Shown one piece after another: positions 27,897-37,909 of a stretch of 64,000 nucleotides of DNA. Position 1 is the first letter of the stretch; the number at the start of each line of letters is the position of its first letter. This DNA comes from a virus (Duplodnaviria; Caudoviricetes), in the IMG/VR virus record IMGVR_UViG_3300028809_000013, positions 332-64,331 of that record; one strand, 5' to 3'. The position numbers were made by a program, and so were the translations under genes. A model generated the notes under the pieces. It did not search any database. It was not told the DNA's origin and worked only from the letters and a program-made list of their open reading frames with translations.

Positions 27897-28957
27897 CAGC
27901 TTGTCCAGACGGTCGAAGGCGCAGCCCCACACCCGCTCCACGACGTTGACGGTGGATCACCGCAAGTCGCCCACGCGTCCACCGTCAACGTCGGTCCCTC
28001 GTCCCAATCCGATACAAGCCCATCCGCGTCGATGGTGCGCACGCGGGCCTCTGCGGTGCCGCCCCCTGCGCCGGACAGATCCCACGTGTACGTGAGCCCC
28101 GCTTGCGCCGGAAACAGGGCCGTCCACGCTCCCCCGTTGATGCGCTGCTGGCCCGCGTAGGTGAGCACGTCCCCCACTTCTGCGTCAGCGTCCGCCCCGG
28201 CCGTCCACGTGAGTGTCTGCGTGCCTCGCGACACCTCCGGACCCACGGGTGCGGTGATGTTGGGTGGCGTGGGGTAGACCGGCCAGTTGCCGTCAATCGT
28301 GACAGTCTTGTAGCGGGCCACGTTGCTGCGGCTGGCCACGCCGCTGGGGCCGGTCGTTCCCAGCATGTTCACATCCACGAGCACGTCCACCGCCCACGCC
28401 GGCACCGCGTCCCCGTCCTTCCACATACGGATGCGGAGCCGGTTGCGGTTCTGCAAATCCGTGGGGTCTTTGAGGACCTGTGCCTCCATCCACAGCAACG
28501 TGGAGGTGGTGAGGCTGGAGAAGGTGCCCAGTGAGGCGGAGGCGTTCAGGCGCACGGTCCCGTTGGACTGGTACGCCTGATAGGAGACGGTGACGGAGCC
28601 GGTGTTGACGACGATGTCCGTGGTAGCGCGGTAGCCGGCGAAACCATTGGCCGCCGCCGGGTTGCCGGTGAACAGCAGACCGATTCCAGGGCCGCGTTCC
28701 GTGAAGCCGGAGCGGAGTTGGCTGTACCGGAAGGAGACGAGCACGCGGGCGAGGGTGGCACCCGCGGAATCGTTCAGTGTGGCCGCGCCCTGATCGTTGA
28801 CGCCGAGCCCCGTGAACTGCGCTTCCCCGGACGCCACCGTGAGCGTGCCCAGCAGCCCGGCCGTGGTGCCGGAGTTGATGACGCTCGTCCACCCTGCCGG
28901 CGCCCCGTTCGGGTAGCCGGCGAAATCCACGGACAGCGAGGTTCCGGTAACTGGCAT
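27893..28957 (-). CDS. Virion protein with lectin-like and FN3-like domains
   Basis: Gly/Thr/Ser beta-rich; LTWT...D...YA....W...YTW....EARVR..D.DG..SDW. Confidence 0.7.
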   Translation of the reverse strand: MPVTGTSLSVDFAGYPNGAPAGWTSVINSGTTAGLLGTLTVASGEAQFTGLGVNDQGAATLNDSAGATLARVLVSFRYSQLRSGFTERGPGIGLLFTGNPAAANGFAGYRATTDIVVNTGSVTVSYQAYQSNGTVRLNASASLGTFSSLTTSTLLWMEAQVLKDPTDLQNRNRLRIRMWKDGDAVPAWAVDVLVDVNMLGTTGPSGVASRSNVARYKTVTIDGNWPVYPTPPNITAPVGPEVSRGTQTLTWTAGADADAEVGDVLTYAGQQRINGGAWTALFPAQAGLTYTWDLSGAGGGTAEARVRTIDADGLVSDWDEGPTLTVDAWATCGDPPSTSWSGCGAAPSTVWTSC

Positions 28958-28959
28958 GC

Positions 28960-28988
28960 TTGCGCCTTGGCTGTAGGCGAATTAGATT
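28960..28988 (+). promoter_or_regulatory. Sigma70-like promoter
   Basis: TTGCGC-N17-TAGATT; shares GCGAATTAGATTG with the 20065 promoter. Confidence 0.65.
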
Positions 28989-29036
28989 GTTGCGTGAGCA
29001 ATTTAACGTAACCAGCAAATAAGTGAGGCAATACAA

Positions 29037-29267
29037 ATGCAGTCCCCATTTTCACCTCTTGCGTCTCCACCGGCCGCAGACGCTTCGGTGGTCTGGCGGC
29101 CGAATTGGTACGTCACGCGCTTGCACGCTGTACGCGGCCCCGGCAGCTTCGGGCTGTGCGGAAGCGACACCTTCAACCCCGATGAATTACGGGGAGAATG
29201 GCAGGAAAGGCGGCTGGCGAAAGAGGTGCCGCAGTGCAATAACTGTCTGCGCCTACTTGCGAAATAA
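29037..29267 (+). CDS. Small Zn-binding protein
   Basis: H...LCG...CxxC; follows promoter. Confidence 0.5.
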   Translation: MQSPFSPLASPPAADASVVWRPNWYVTRLHAVRGPGSFGLCGSDTFNPDELRGEWQERRLAKEVPQCNNCLRLLAK

Positions 29268-29271
29268 AACC

Positions 29272-29625
29272 ATGAGAGAACCGTACACGCCAAGTGAACT
29301 GAAGGCATGGGCATGGCTAATGGCCCTGCCGCGCATTGACTGGAAGGAGCGCGGCGTCCGTGCCTCCAACCAACAGGTGCTCATCCGCCTGCTGCCCGGC
29401 AAGCTGGGCGCAACCAGCGGCGCCCCCGGCGTTGAAGTGCTGCTGTCCCATCCTGACACGCCGAAGCGCGTCAAAGGCACGGGTAACTCGCTGATGGAAG
29501 CCGCCACCCGTGCGCACGAAGAGTTGTGGGCGGAGGGGGTGCGCATCTATGGTCCGGGGTGGGCACCAAGCGCCGGAAAAGGGCCAACGGATTACGTAGG
29601 CACATTCACGGCGCCGCCGCGGTAG
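29272..29625 (+). CDS. Hypothetical protein
   Basis: ORF directly after the previous stop. Confidence 0.5.
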   Translation: MREPYTPSELKAWAWLMALPRIDWKERGVRASNQQVLIRLLPGKLGATSGAPGVEVLLSHPDTPKRVKGTGNSLMEAATRAHEELWAEGVRIYGPGWAPSAGKGPTDYVGTFTAPPR

Positions 29626-30280
29626 TCTGCGTTCCGTACCGGGTTTGCAGCGAGCCGGCGTAGGTGGAGACGTGCGCACGGAACGCGTCGAGCAACGCGG
29701 CCTCGTCTGCGCTGGCCCGCGCCATGTGCGGCTCCGGCGCCGTCACGCTGCGGCGATAGATGTCCCGCTCCGCGTCCACCACCAGTAGCATCTGGTGCGG
29801 CTCCGGCAGCTCTACGGTCACGGTCTTGTCGGTGGGGCCGATGGACGCAGGGAGGCGCGAGTAGTAGATGCGCACCTCATCCACCCCATCTAAGTCGTTC
29901 GCCACGCCGTACATCACCCGGTCACGCACGATCACCCGCGGCGGGAACGCGGAGCCCTGATCGTGCAGCGTGACCGGGAATACCTCGTCGCCCACCGCGT
30001 AGGCACTCGTCCCCGCGTCGTAAATCTCGATGCGCTGTATCAGGTCGGGCGTGGGCACGGGGTCCGCGATGGTGTTCAGGTTCACGCTGCCCGTGCTCAC
30101 CGGGGCGTGGGCGCAGACGCCGAAGTAGTCCGGGTTGATCTTCCCCGCCAGCGCGAATAGCTCCTGCTGCCGCACCCCGATCCGTGCGTAAATCAGGGCG
30201 CGGTTCTCGTTGACTTCGCTGGTGTACTGCCTGGCGCGGGCCAGCGCCAGAATCGCCACGTCCTCGACGGTGTAGCTCAT
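29606..30280 (-). CDS. Head-tail adaptor/ring protein, paralog 3
   Basis: YTVEDV...A..RAR start, Y.R.P....ELP..H..LLV pattern. Confidence 0.65.
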   Translation of the reverse strand: MSYTVEDVAILALARARQYTSEVNENRALIYARIGVRQQELFALAGKINPDYFGVCAHAPVSTGSVNLNTIADPVPTPDLIQRIEIYDAGTSAYAVGDEVFPVTLHDQGSAFPPRVIVRDRVMYGVANDLDGVDEVRIYYSRLPASIGPTDKTVTVELPEPHQMLLVVDAERDIYRRSVTAPEPHMARASADEAALLDAFRAHVSTYAGSLQTRYGTQTTAAAP

Positions 30281-30504
30281 CGCGTCTTGCAGTTCACTAC
30301 GTCAACGTCAGGAATCCACGGACGCATGCCTTCATACCGGAAAGGCGCTCTGCCTCCCAGCGAGCGGTAGACGTGAACTTCACGGCTCCCCTTGCTCCAA
30401 TCTCCAGCCTCGTAAAGCACTTCCTGCTCTTTCAGAGAACCGATTAGATGACGCTCCCTGCCATCCTGCGGCCCTCCGATCATTGGTACAATTCTGCCGC
30501 TCAC
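30277..30504 (-). CDS. Hypothetical protein
   Basis: GTGA and ATGA coupling; IGGP.DG motif. Confidence 0.55.
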   Translation of the reverse strand: MSGRIVPMIGGPQDGRERHLIGSLKEQEVLYEAGDWSKGSREVHVYRSLGGRAPFRYEGMRPWIPDVDVVNCKTR

Positions 30505-31136
30505 GGTTGATTCCCCATTCTCGCAACGGTAGACGTGCTGCTGGCGCGTACGTAGGTGCGGAAGTTCTCCATCCACGCGGCCCGCTCCGCCGTCTGGCGC
30601 TCCGCCTCTCCGGGCGGATGGTTCGCGGCGTCCTTGCCGATCATGTGGATGTACAGGGCGAGGATGTGGATCTCGTCCCAATCCGACGTGAGCGCCGGGT
30701 CCGTGGTGCCAGCCGGATCGCCGGTGGTGGCGGTCAGCGCCCGCGGCGTGCGTGCATAGTACATCGTCAGGTTGCCGGACGTAGGGTCCAGCGGATTGCC
30801 GGCGCTGTAGAAGCTTCCGCCGAGATCGTAGACCGCCGGCTGCGACAGGTCGGCGGTCTTGTCGTGCAGGGGCACTTCGATGACCCGGCTCCCGGTGGCG
30901 TTCTGGATGCGGTAGATGGCGATGGCGTCGCTGGGACGTGCCCACGCACCGCCGGAGAAGGCCACCGTGGCACTTTTGCCGAAGAACGAGGGACGCACCT
31001 CGGCGGCGGCCAGAAAGCATTCCAGGAGCGACCGACGTACGATGGCAAGCAGCTCCACGTCCTCGTTGAACTGCGCGGGGCGGGCCTTCAGGCTGCGGTT
31101 GTACGCGGCGTCGATGAGCGAGGAGACGAGAGCCAC
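30501..31136 (-). CDS. Head-tail adaptor/ring protein, paralog 2
   Basis: VSSLIDAA start, LTMYYARTP pattern, ~210 aa. Confidence 0.65.
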   Translation of the reverse strand: MALVSSLIDAAYNRSLKARPAQFNEDVELLAIVRRSLLECFLAAAEVRPSFFGKSATVAFSGGAWARPSDAIAIYRIQNATGSRVIEVPLHDKTADLSQPAVYDLGGSFYSAGNPLDPTSGNLTMYYARTPRALTATTGDPAGTTDPALTSDWDEIHILALYIHMIGKDAANHPPGEAERQTAERAAWMENFRTYVRASSTSTVARMGNQP

Positions 31137-31199
31137 GGCGTCAGCGCTTCCGGTAGTAGTAGACGAGCCACAGGGCGAGCACGGAGGAGAAGGCCCACA

Positions 31200-31481
31200 T
31201 CAGTCGTCGTCTCCGGGCACGAAGCCCAGTTCGGCGCGCATCCCCTCCGCCTCCAGCTTGGCCGCCCTGCGAAACGCGAGCTGGTTGCGGCGCCCCTCCG
31301 GCGTGGAGACGATGAGGGTGTCGATGCTGGAGGCCAGCACGCGGATCGCGTCGCCGTCAATGTTGTGCAGGTGCACGAAACAGTCCCTCGTCCCGGCGGA
31401 AGACAGCCAATCGCTCATCTGCGCGTCGATGCTGTCCGCGCTGTCGGTGACGTTGAGCGCCTGTCCGTCCCCCACATGCAT
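31200..31481 (-). CDS. Hypothetical protein (possibly frameshifted from a start at 31519)
   Basis: Natural-looking C-terminal ~93 aa. Confidence 0.45.
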   Translation of the reverse strand: MHVGDGQALNVTDSADSIDAQMSDWLSSAGTRDCFVHLHNIDGDAIRVLASSIDTLIVSTPEGRRNQLAFRRAAKLEAEGMRAELGFVPGDDD

Positions 31482-31515
31482 ACGACCGTATAAACGTCGG
31501 GCGGTGTGTAGCGGC

Positions 31516-32199
31516 TCATGTGATTCTCCAGGTTCCGGCGTTGGACGACCCTGCCACGGTGGCAATGGCCATCGCCTCTGCGTCCATGGCTTGCTGCGGG
31601 AGCAAGGGCAAGTCGGACACCGTCCGCGCCGTGCGGCCGGCCATGAACAGGGCGAGGTTGCACACCAGCGCATCACGGCAGGTGTCGGGGAGAGCGATGA
31701 CGGAGGTGGGGCCGGTCAGGTCGTCCATCAACGGCACGATCATCAGCTCCAGCCCGTCGTACTCCTCCCACCCGTTCGCGCCGTAGACCGTCCCCAGCGT
31801 GTCCAGCAGGTTCAGCGGGTACAGCTTCCCGTTGACGATGGAGGCGGCCGGGAAGCGCCATGCTCCCTCCGTGTTGCGGCTAGCGTGGTCAGTGATCTCC
31901 ACGGGTATGCGTACCTGATCGCAGGTACGGACTACGTACACCTGCCGCAGCAGGAACAGGTGCGCCGGCAGGGTGATGCCCGTTCGACCCGTTACCGCAG
32001 CCATGAGTGCGGCGTTGCTCACCGTCGTGGGCGTGGCAAGACTCGCTTCGTCCAGCGCCACGATCTTCTCCGCCAGCCGGCGTGCGTAGCGGGACAGCGC
32101 CCGCATGCACGCCACGTCCGGCACGTTCTGGCGCGTGAAAGAGGCGTGGAAGTCGCGAGCCTCGTCCAGCAGTTCAGCAACGGTCACGGGCGCATCCAC
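31516..32199 (-). CDS. Head-tail adaptor/ring protein, paralog 1
   Basis: TVAELLDEAR start, I.LP...RDALV..LA end. Confidence 0.65.
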   Translation of the reverse strand: MDAPVTVAELLDEARDFHASFTRQNVPDVACMRALSRYARRLAEKIVALDEASLATPTTVSNAALMAAVTGRTGITLPAHLFLLRQVYVVRTCDQVRIPVEITDHASRNTEGAWRFPAASIVNGKLYPLNLLDTLGTVYGANGWEEYDGLELMIVPLMDDLTGPTSVIALPDTCRDALVCNLALFMAGRTARTVSDLPLLPQQAMDAEAMAIATVAGSSNAGTWRIT

Positions 32200-32276
32200 T
32201 CCCTCAGGCGGTGCAGCACGTCATCGCTGGTGTGCCCATCCCATTCTGGCGCGCTTCTCATCGTAATCATGTCCTT

Positions 32277-32510
32277 TCAGCCGGCCCGCGCGTTGATCTC
32301 CGCCACCGAAATCCCGGCGTCGTGCACCTTGGACACAGGCACGACTTGCTGCCGCGTCCACCATGCCTGTAGCAGCGGCAGGATGGAGATGGCCAGCGCC
32401 TTCCACAACTCCGCCTTGTCCAGGTCCAACAGACCGTAGGCGACCGCCAGCGCAACAATCGTGGATACGACTCCACCCGCCATCAGCGCCGGCTCTCTCT
32501 GCATACCCAT
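32277..32510 (-). CDS. Putative holin
   Basis: 77 aa, two hydrophobic helices, REPAL...R.QV.PV pattern. Confidence 0.55.
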   Translation of the reverse strand: MGMQREPALMAGGVVSTIVALAVAYGLLDLDKAELWKALAISILPLLQAWWTRQQVVPVSKVHDAGISVAEINARAG

Positions 32511-32528
32511 TGTTCGTACCCGGGTTGC

Positions 32529-32558
32529 GGCCCGGCGCTGCGTTTACAGCGCCGGGCC
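32529..32558 (-). terminator. Hairpin
   Basis: GGCCCGGCGCTG-N6-CAGCGCCGGGCC after the stop at 32569. Confidence 0.45.
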
Positions 32559-32568
32559 TCCGTGCGCG

Positions 32569-32919
32569 CTACTTCGTGACGATGTTCCAGACCAGCCCGC
32601 GACTGCCTTGCCGCTCTCCGTACTCCTCGGCCTCCCTGCGGCTCCAGAAGGGGCCTTCCTGGCTGCCGGTCGTTTGATCGAGATTGCTTACAGCCACCCA
32701 GTACTCTACCTGCCGGTCTTCGGTCGTCCGTCCCACCTTGCGCACTGACGATACCAGATCGCGCGGGATAAGCGCCATCACTTCCCGGTCGCCGGAGAGG
32801 AACGCGTAGTCGTTCCCCCACCCTTCGACTCGTTGTGCTTCGACCACCTGTTCGGCGGTCTTCATCTGTACCGGCTCTCCCACCAGCGCGGCCCGGAAAG
32901 TCACCGTAAACTCTGCCAT
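32569..32919 (-). CDS. Hypothetical protein
   Basis: GGAGG RBS. Confidence 0.65.
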   Translation of the reverse strand: MAEFTVTFRAALVGEPVQMKTAEQVVEAQRVEGWGNDYAFLSGDREVMALIPRDLVSSVRKVGRTTEDRQVEYWVAVSNLDQTTGSQEGPFWSRREAEEYGERQGSRGLVWNIVTK

Positions 32920-32980
32920 CTCACTGCCTCCGAAGAAAGAAAGAGAGTGCCGGAGATTACGCCCGCTCCGGCTTCGGGCT

Positions 32981-33514
32981 TCAGCTCTCCACGTCCTCAG
33001 TTGGCGCCGCGGGCAGCATGGCCGCCGGAACCCCGTCGAAGTAGGTCGTGGTGATGGACGCCGCGTTCAGCGCCGTAGTCCCCGGCGTGAAGTTGCCGCC
33101 GCTGCCGTTGCTCACCGTGACGCTGCCAACGATGGCCTTGTCCGCCGGCCACGCGGGCAGCGTCACGGTCCCGGCCGCCAGCACGGTATCCGACGCGGCG
33201 ACGGTGGCGGCTCCGGCACTGTCCAGCAGCAGCAGGTAGGTGCGTTTCTGCCCGGCAGGGATCACGGCGCCGGTGAGCGTCCACAGGTCGTCGGTGGCTG
33301 CCTTCGACTTGAACTCGCCGTTGATGGTATACGAGATGGTGGCGTTGGAGCGCACCTTGCTCGTCGTGGTACCGATTCCCGCGCCACCATCGGAAAGAAC
33401 GCGGTGCAGCATCGCGTTACGGAGCGCCACCGAAGTCGCCCGCATCGTGTTGTGGGCCTCCTTCAGCACGTTCGGGAGGGACTGCGGGTGCGGATAGGCG
33501 AAAGCGTTGGGCAT
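32981..33514 (-). CDS. Putative capsid decoration/cement protein
   Basis: Ala/Thr/Gly-rich 177 aa protein downstream of the MCP. Confidence 0.55.
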   Translation of the reverse strand: MPNAFAYPHPQSLPNVLKEAHNTMRATSVALRNAMLHRVLSDGGAGIGTTTSKVRSNATISYTINGEFKSKAATDDLWTLTGAVIPAGQKRTYLLLLDSAGAATVAASDTVLAAGTVTLPAWPADKAIVGSVTVSNGSGGNFTPGTTALNAASITTTYFDGVPAAMLPAAPTEDVES

Positions 33515-33519
33515 CGGGC

Positions 33520-34308
33520 TCAGTCCTCGTCAGCGGTGGAAGCAGGGTGCTTGGTGGTCTTGTGCGCCTTCAGGCCGCGCTTGCTGCCTGCCTCGAAATC
33601 GCACTGGTTGCACGGGAACGGCGGACCCTCCTCTCCGCTTGCCCCTTCCGGGGTGCCGGCGTCCGCCTGACTCATCGCCGGCTCGTTGTCCTCCACTTCC
33701 ATCGATTCCACGAATTCCCCGTCCGCCGCGCTGCCGGTCTGCTGCGGCTCTTCCTGCCCCCGGCCGGACGAGCTGATGTAGCCGGAACGCCCTTCCGCGT
33801 CCTGCGTGGTGTCCGCGTCCAGCGCTGCGTTCATGTAGAACGGCTCCGCCTCGATGGGCCGGTGGGGACGGTAGGACGCGCCGTCAGGCAGCGGCGTCCC
33901 CGGGGCGTCGAAGTGATCGGCCGGCTGGCCGCCGATAATGCCGCGGTTCGCGTCTACCGACACCGCGCCCATCGAGTGATAGCGGGTGTAGGCATCCCGC
34001 CAGCGCTCATCGCCCAACAAACCGCGGTAGAAGGAATGCACCCCCTCTACCGCACCCGTGACGGCGGACTGCACCATCTCCTGCGCCTGCGCCAGACCAA
34101 TGAGCCCGCTGGGCGAAGGCTGGACAGCCGGCACTGCGCCAATCCGCGCATGGCGCGGATTTCCGGCCAGACCACGGGTGAAAGCGATGTCCGCCCGCGC
34201 AGCCGCGCGCTCTTCCGCCAGCTCGTCACGGGAGCGGCCGGTGACGCTGGTGAGGCGGGGCCGCTCGCGGATCTCGCGGATCGGGGTCATGTCGTCATTC
34301 ATGCTCAT
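33520..34308 (-). CDS. Hypothetical protein with C-terminal C2H2 finger
   Basis: FPCNQCDFEA.SKRGLKAH...KH. Confidence 0.65.
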   Translation of the reverse strand: MSMNDDMTPIREIRERPRLTSVTGRSRDELAEERAAARADIAFTRGLAGNPRHARIGAVPAVQPSPSGLIGLAQAQEMVQSAVTGAVEGVHSFYRGLLGDERWRDAYTRYHSMGAVSVDANRGIIGGQPADHFDAPGTPLPDGASYRPHRPIEAEPFYMNAALDADTTQDAEGRSGYISSSGRGQEEPQQTGSAADGEFVESMEVEDNEPAMSQADAGTPEGASGEEGPPFPCNQCDFEAGSKRGLKAHKTTKHPASTADED

Positions 34309-34820
34309 CAGGATGCGATTTGCAGGGGGTTGGCGATGGGGTGGCCCATCCGCCAGCAGTAGTCAGCCGCGAAGTCCACGAAGCCGTCCCAATCCGCCGC
34401 GTGCACGTCCCGCCGGTTCTGCTGGTAGGCGTTCACGTATGCCGCCCACTCGGTCGGGCCGCGGAAACGGGCGGGATCGAAGCGCTTGACGCGCTCCACG
34501 ACCCACATCCCCGGCTCCCGGTAGTTGTCGTCCTCGTCGCGGAGCACCATGACAAGATAATCATGGCCGCCGCGGTCGGTATCCCACAACTCCCAGCGCG
34601 GTTCGTACTCGACGCGGCGAGGCTCGCCGTTGGCGTCGTAGCTCCCCGACTTGTGCGGGATGACGCGCCCGCGCCGGTTGTACAGCAGGCGCAGCGTGGG
34701 CTTGTGGCTCCGGAGCGCCTGCGCCACCCCATCGGGTGGCGCAAGGCGGAAATCATGGTCGATGTGCGGACCGATGATCTCCCGCTCTACGTCTTTGATG
34801 TTCAGGCTGGCCGGAAGCAT
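34308..34820 (-). CDS. Hypothetical protein
   Basis: TGATG coupling. Confidence 0.7.
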   Translation of the reverse strand: MLPASLNIKDVEREIIGPHIDHDFRLAPPDGVAQALRSHKPTLRLLYNRRGRVIPHKSGSYDANGEPRRVEYEPRWELWDTDRGGHDYLVMVLRDEDDNYREPGMWVVERVKRFDPARFRGPTEWAAYVNAYQQNRRDVHAADWDGFVDFAADYCWRMGHPIANPLQIAS

Positions 34821-35362
34821 CAGAGCGCGCTTTCCATGAATTGACCGGCCACCTTGAAGAACGCATAGAACGGCTTGCGGGCGCGCTCATGCCTTACCCG
34901 CTCCAGGGCCGTCTCCGTCCACTCGGTTTCCTGCGGCGCGAAGTCTCGCGGCTCGCGATTCACCAGTGTCACATACGTGGTGATGTGCTCCGCGTCGGTG
35001 CGCGGCGAGAACGCGTCCAGCACCGGATCGGGAAGCCACCCGCGCTCGGCCTGCTTGCGGATGCGCTCCAGCCACTTGCTCGTGTCGGTGGGGATGCCCA
35101 CTGAGAGCAGGAACTTGCGGGTGCATGGATCACTGAACGTATCCAGCGCGCGCTGGGCTACCTCGTCGCTGCCGGTGGCGACCATGGCGCAGACCTCGTC
35201 CAGCCGCGCCCGATAGGCTTCCTGCGCCCGGAGCAGGGCTTCGATCACCTTGGCCTCGTCCGGGGCGCCGTCCGCGTCCAATACCTCCGGGGGGAGATGG
35301 TCGTACATGTCCGGGCCGATCTTCCACTCCAGGTACCGTCTTTTTTCGGGCGTCGCGCTCAT
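34820..35362 (-). CDS. Hypothetical protein
   Basis: TGATG coupling. Confidence 0.7.
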   Translation of the reverse strand: MSATPEKRRYLEWKIGPDMYDHLPPEVLDADGAPDEAKVIEALLRAQEAYRARLDEVCAMVATGSDEVAQRALDTFSDPCTRKFLLSVGIPTDTSKWLERIRKQAERGWLPDPVLDAFSPRTDAEHITTYVTLVNREPRDFAPQETEWTETALERVRHERARKPFYAFFKVAGQFMESAL

Positions 35363-35396
35363 TCAATTATCTGTGGCAGATTTGTGCGTCGTGGTT

Positions 35397-35428
35397 GCGG
35401 GCCGGGGTTGGTTTCAACCCCGGCCCGC
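35397..35428 (-). terminator. Hairpin after the major capsid gene
   Basis: GCGGGCCGGGGTTG-GTTT-CAACCCCGGCCCGC. Confidence 0.6.
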
Positions 35429-35438
35429 CTGCCCCCGC

Positions 35439-36707
35439 TTACGTACGGGTGATCCCCTCGATCACCGCGTGGTTGGCCGGCGCACGCGTCACCATCTCCA
35501 CATGCTCGCACCAGTCGGCCGTGAAGGCGTGCACCCGCCCCTCGCCGGTCGTGACACGGTGCAGGATGTTGCCGTCGTCGTCAATCCAGCCGGAGGTGCC
35601 CATCTGGCGGAAGAAGACATCGTCCATCCGCAGCCAGTACATGCGCTGCGGGGGGCAGTCCTTGTCCTTCACCAGCGGCTTGCCGCCGTACTCGATGGCG
35701 TCCTGCCCCGACTTCAGCTCCATCGGGTTCACCTGCCGGCGCTCGCTCACGAGGTTGTTGACGTGCGTGTCGTGCACGTTCGTGTTCGAGAACGCGACCA
35801 GCCCGCTCTGGTCCGTGGCCTTGCGGAACAGCGCCGAGTTGGTGGCCCGCATCGCCCTCTCCAGCAGGATCGGGTCGCTGTTGTACGGCGCCGCGGTGTA
35901 GTCCACCACCGTGGACTGGAGCACCGCCCGGCCGGTGCGCGACAGGTTGAAGTAGTTGCCCGTGTCCGTGACGAAGCCGGAGACGCCGGTCAGCTCGTTC
36001 CCGTCGTTGCGGTTGGTCGAAGAAGAACCGAGCTGGATCTCCTCGCCGTCCGTGAGCGTGACCGCCGTGTTGACGGTGATGGTGCCGGCGCTTTCGTCCA
36101 CGGCGGTGATGGTGCGGGAGACGGCAGCCGTGGCGAACCACACCTCCATGTTCTCCTTCAGACACATCACCTTCTCCCAGCCCTCCAGGTCCGCCTGCAC
36201 GTAGGTAAGCCCGTAGGGGTCGGAGACGGGGACCGTCGTGGAGGCCGTCACCGCGCCGTCCACCGTGGCGAGGATGGCGTTGCCATCGCCCCAGCTCTGC
36301 CGCTGCTTGGAGAGCCGGTAGCCCTCCTTGGTGTCGTCCAACGCCTGCGACAGCGCGGCCTTGAAGGTGGCCCGGCTCCCCTTGGTGGCGGCGATGGACT
36401 GGCCGGTGATGTAGAACGAGCCGTAGAGGCTCTTCACGTAGCCGGTGATGCGGTCATACCGGCCGAAGCCGGGGTTGGGGAGGGCTCCGTTCTCCGCCCG
36501 CGCTCCGTGACCCTGCGCAGTGGCGGTCTTCAGCGGCTCCACCCAGTTCAGGCCCACATCGGTGGGCTTGGTCTTGATCCGCGACAGCAGCTCCGTGCTC
36601 GTGTTGACGAGGTTGCGGATCTCGTTGACGACGTAGTCCTCCTTCAGGAAGGCGGCGATGGTGCTTGCCGCACCCGCGTCGTCATAGATTACCTGGCGTC
36701 CTGCCAT
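35439..36707 (-). CDS. Major capsid protein
   Basis: 422 aa after the scaffold; LKE.Y...I..LVN, E.G.LP.PG, G.PLV.D.DCP and P.NHAVI.GI patterns of HK97-fold MCPs. Confidence 0.85.
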   Translation of the reverse strand: MAGRQVIYDDAGAASTIAAFLKEDYVVNEIRNLVNTSTELLSRIKTKPTDVGLNWVEPLKTATAQGHGARAENGALPNPGFGRYDRITGYVKSLYGSFYITGQSIAATKGSRATFKAALSQALDDTKEGYRLSKQRQSWGDGNAILATVDGAVTASTTVPVSDPYGLTYVQADLEGWEKVMCLKENMEVWFATAAVSRTITAVDESAGTITVNTAVTLTDGEEIQLGSSSTNRNDGNELTGVSGFVTDTGNYFNLSRTGRAVLQSTVVDYTAAPYNSDPILLERAMRATNSALFRKATDQSGLVAFSNTNVHDTHVNNLVSERRQVNPMELKSGQDAIEYGGKPLVKDKDCPPQRMYWLRMDDVFFRQMGTSGWIDDDGNILHRVTTGEGRVHAFTADWCEHVEMVTRAPANHAVIEGITRT

Positions 36708-36775
36708 GGGCGTGTGACTCCTGCTCTGGTTCGTTTGCGTTCAGGCGTCCCCGGCAGGATGCCAAGGCGCCGCAT

Positions 36776-37909
36776 TCAGTCTCCGAAGAAACGATCGACC
36801 ATGCTGTCGATCACGTCATTCTCGCGCTTCGGGCGCACCCACTCTGCCTTGCGCCCGCCCGGAGCCGCGGTGTTGGGCGGTGTGGTGCGGCGGGCTCCGG
36901 CCATCTTCGCCGTCCTGCGCACCCGTTCCTGCTGGGCCCTGCGGTCCGCCGCCTGCTGGGCCTTGGCGGCGTCCCTGCGCTCCCCGGCCAGCCGCTTGGC
37001 CACCTTGGCGGCATGCGCCCGCACGTCGGCCGCGACCACCTTCGTCCCGGCAGCCGCGGCCCTGCGAAGGAAGTTGTCCACCGAGTCCTGCACGATCTCG
37101 ATGGACTCCGCCTTGCGCACGCCCAGCTTGCCCGCCTCGTCCTGCACCAGCCTGCGCACTGTCTCCGCAACCCGCTGCTCGGATACCCGCTGCTGCGTGG
37201 CCCGCGTCTGCCCCTCACGATGGTTCTGCATGGCGATGGAGCGTTCGCCGTCGAACACCCGGCGCGCCCGCGGATCGTCGGAAAGCTCCTGCACCCGGTC
37301 CAAGGCGGCGGCCAGCAGCTCCGGGTTGCGCAGACCGAGATCCACCAACACTGTTTCGGTGAACAGCTCCGGCTTGGCGTCGGCCACCGTCAGAAGGAAG
37401 TGCTCTCCTCCCGCGGGCGTGGCGAGGTCGGCCATGAACTGCTCGTACTCGGTCTGGAAGGCGCGGGCAGTGGACACCTCGCGCTCCGCCGACTTGCGCA
37501 GTTCCGCCACCTCCTGCGTCTTGCGGGTATAGTCCCGCACCAGACTCTTGTACGCCTTCTCCGCCACCGCCCGCGCCTTGGGGTCGGTGATGGCGTCGAT
37601 TTCCTTGCGGTCGAAGGGGTCGTCCTCCTCATGGCTCGCGTCGTCGCGGTCGCCTTCGGACTCCTCGCTCTCGTCCGCCTCCTCACCCAGCGCGCCGTCG
37701 TCCCCGGTGCCGTCGTCTGCGTCGGACTCCAGATCGCCCAGGCCGTCGCCCGGCGCCTCCAGGTCGTCCGTGTCGCCTTCCACGGTCAGGTCCGCGTCGT
37801 CGTTCAGGATGATGCCCGTCTCGTCGCCCACCGTGTCCGCTTCCTCGGTGCCGCCGAAATGACGGTCGAAGATGTCGTCGGGGATGGACGTGCCCTGCAT
37901 GTCGCTCAT
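36776..37909 (-). CDS. Capsid scaffolding protein
   Basis: Very acidic N-terminus, DYTRKTQE.AE.RK motif, position before the MCP. Confidence 0.8.
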   Translation of the reverse strand: MSDMQGTSIPDDIFDRHFGGTEEADTVGDETGIILNDDADLTVEGDTDDLEAPGDGLGDLESDADDGTGDDGALGEEADESEESEGDRDDASHEEDDPFDRKEIDAITDPKARAVAEKAYKSLVRDYTRKTQEVAELRKSAEREVSTARAFQTEYEQFMADLATPAGGEHFLLTVADAKPELFTETVLVDLGLRNPELLAAALDRVQELSDDPRARRVFDGERSIAMQNHREGQTRATQQRVSEQRVAETVRRLVQDEAGKLGVRKAESIEIVQDSVDNFLRRAAAAGTKVVAADVRAHAAKVAKRLAGERRDAAKAQQAADRRAQQERVRRTAKMAGARRTTPPNTAAPGGRKAEWVRPKRENDVIDSMVDRFFGD

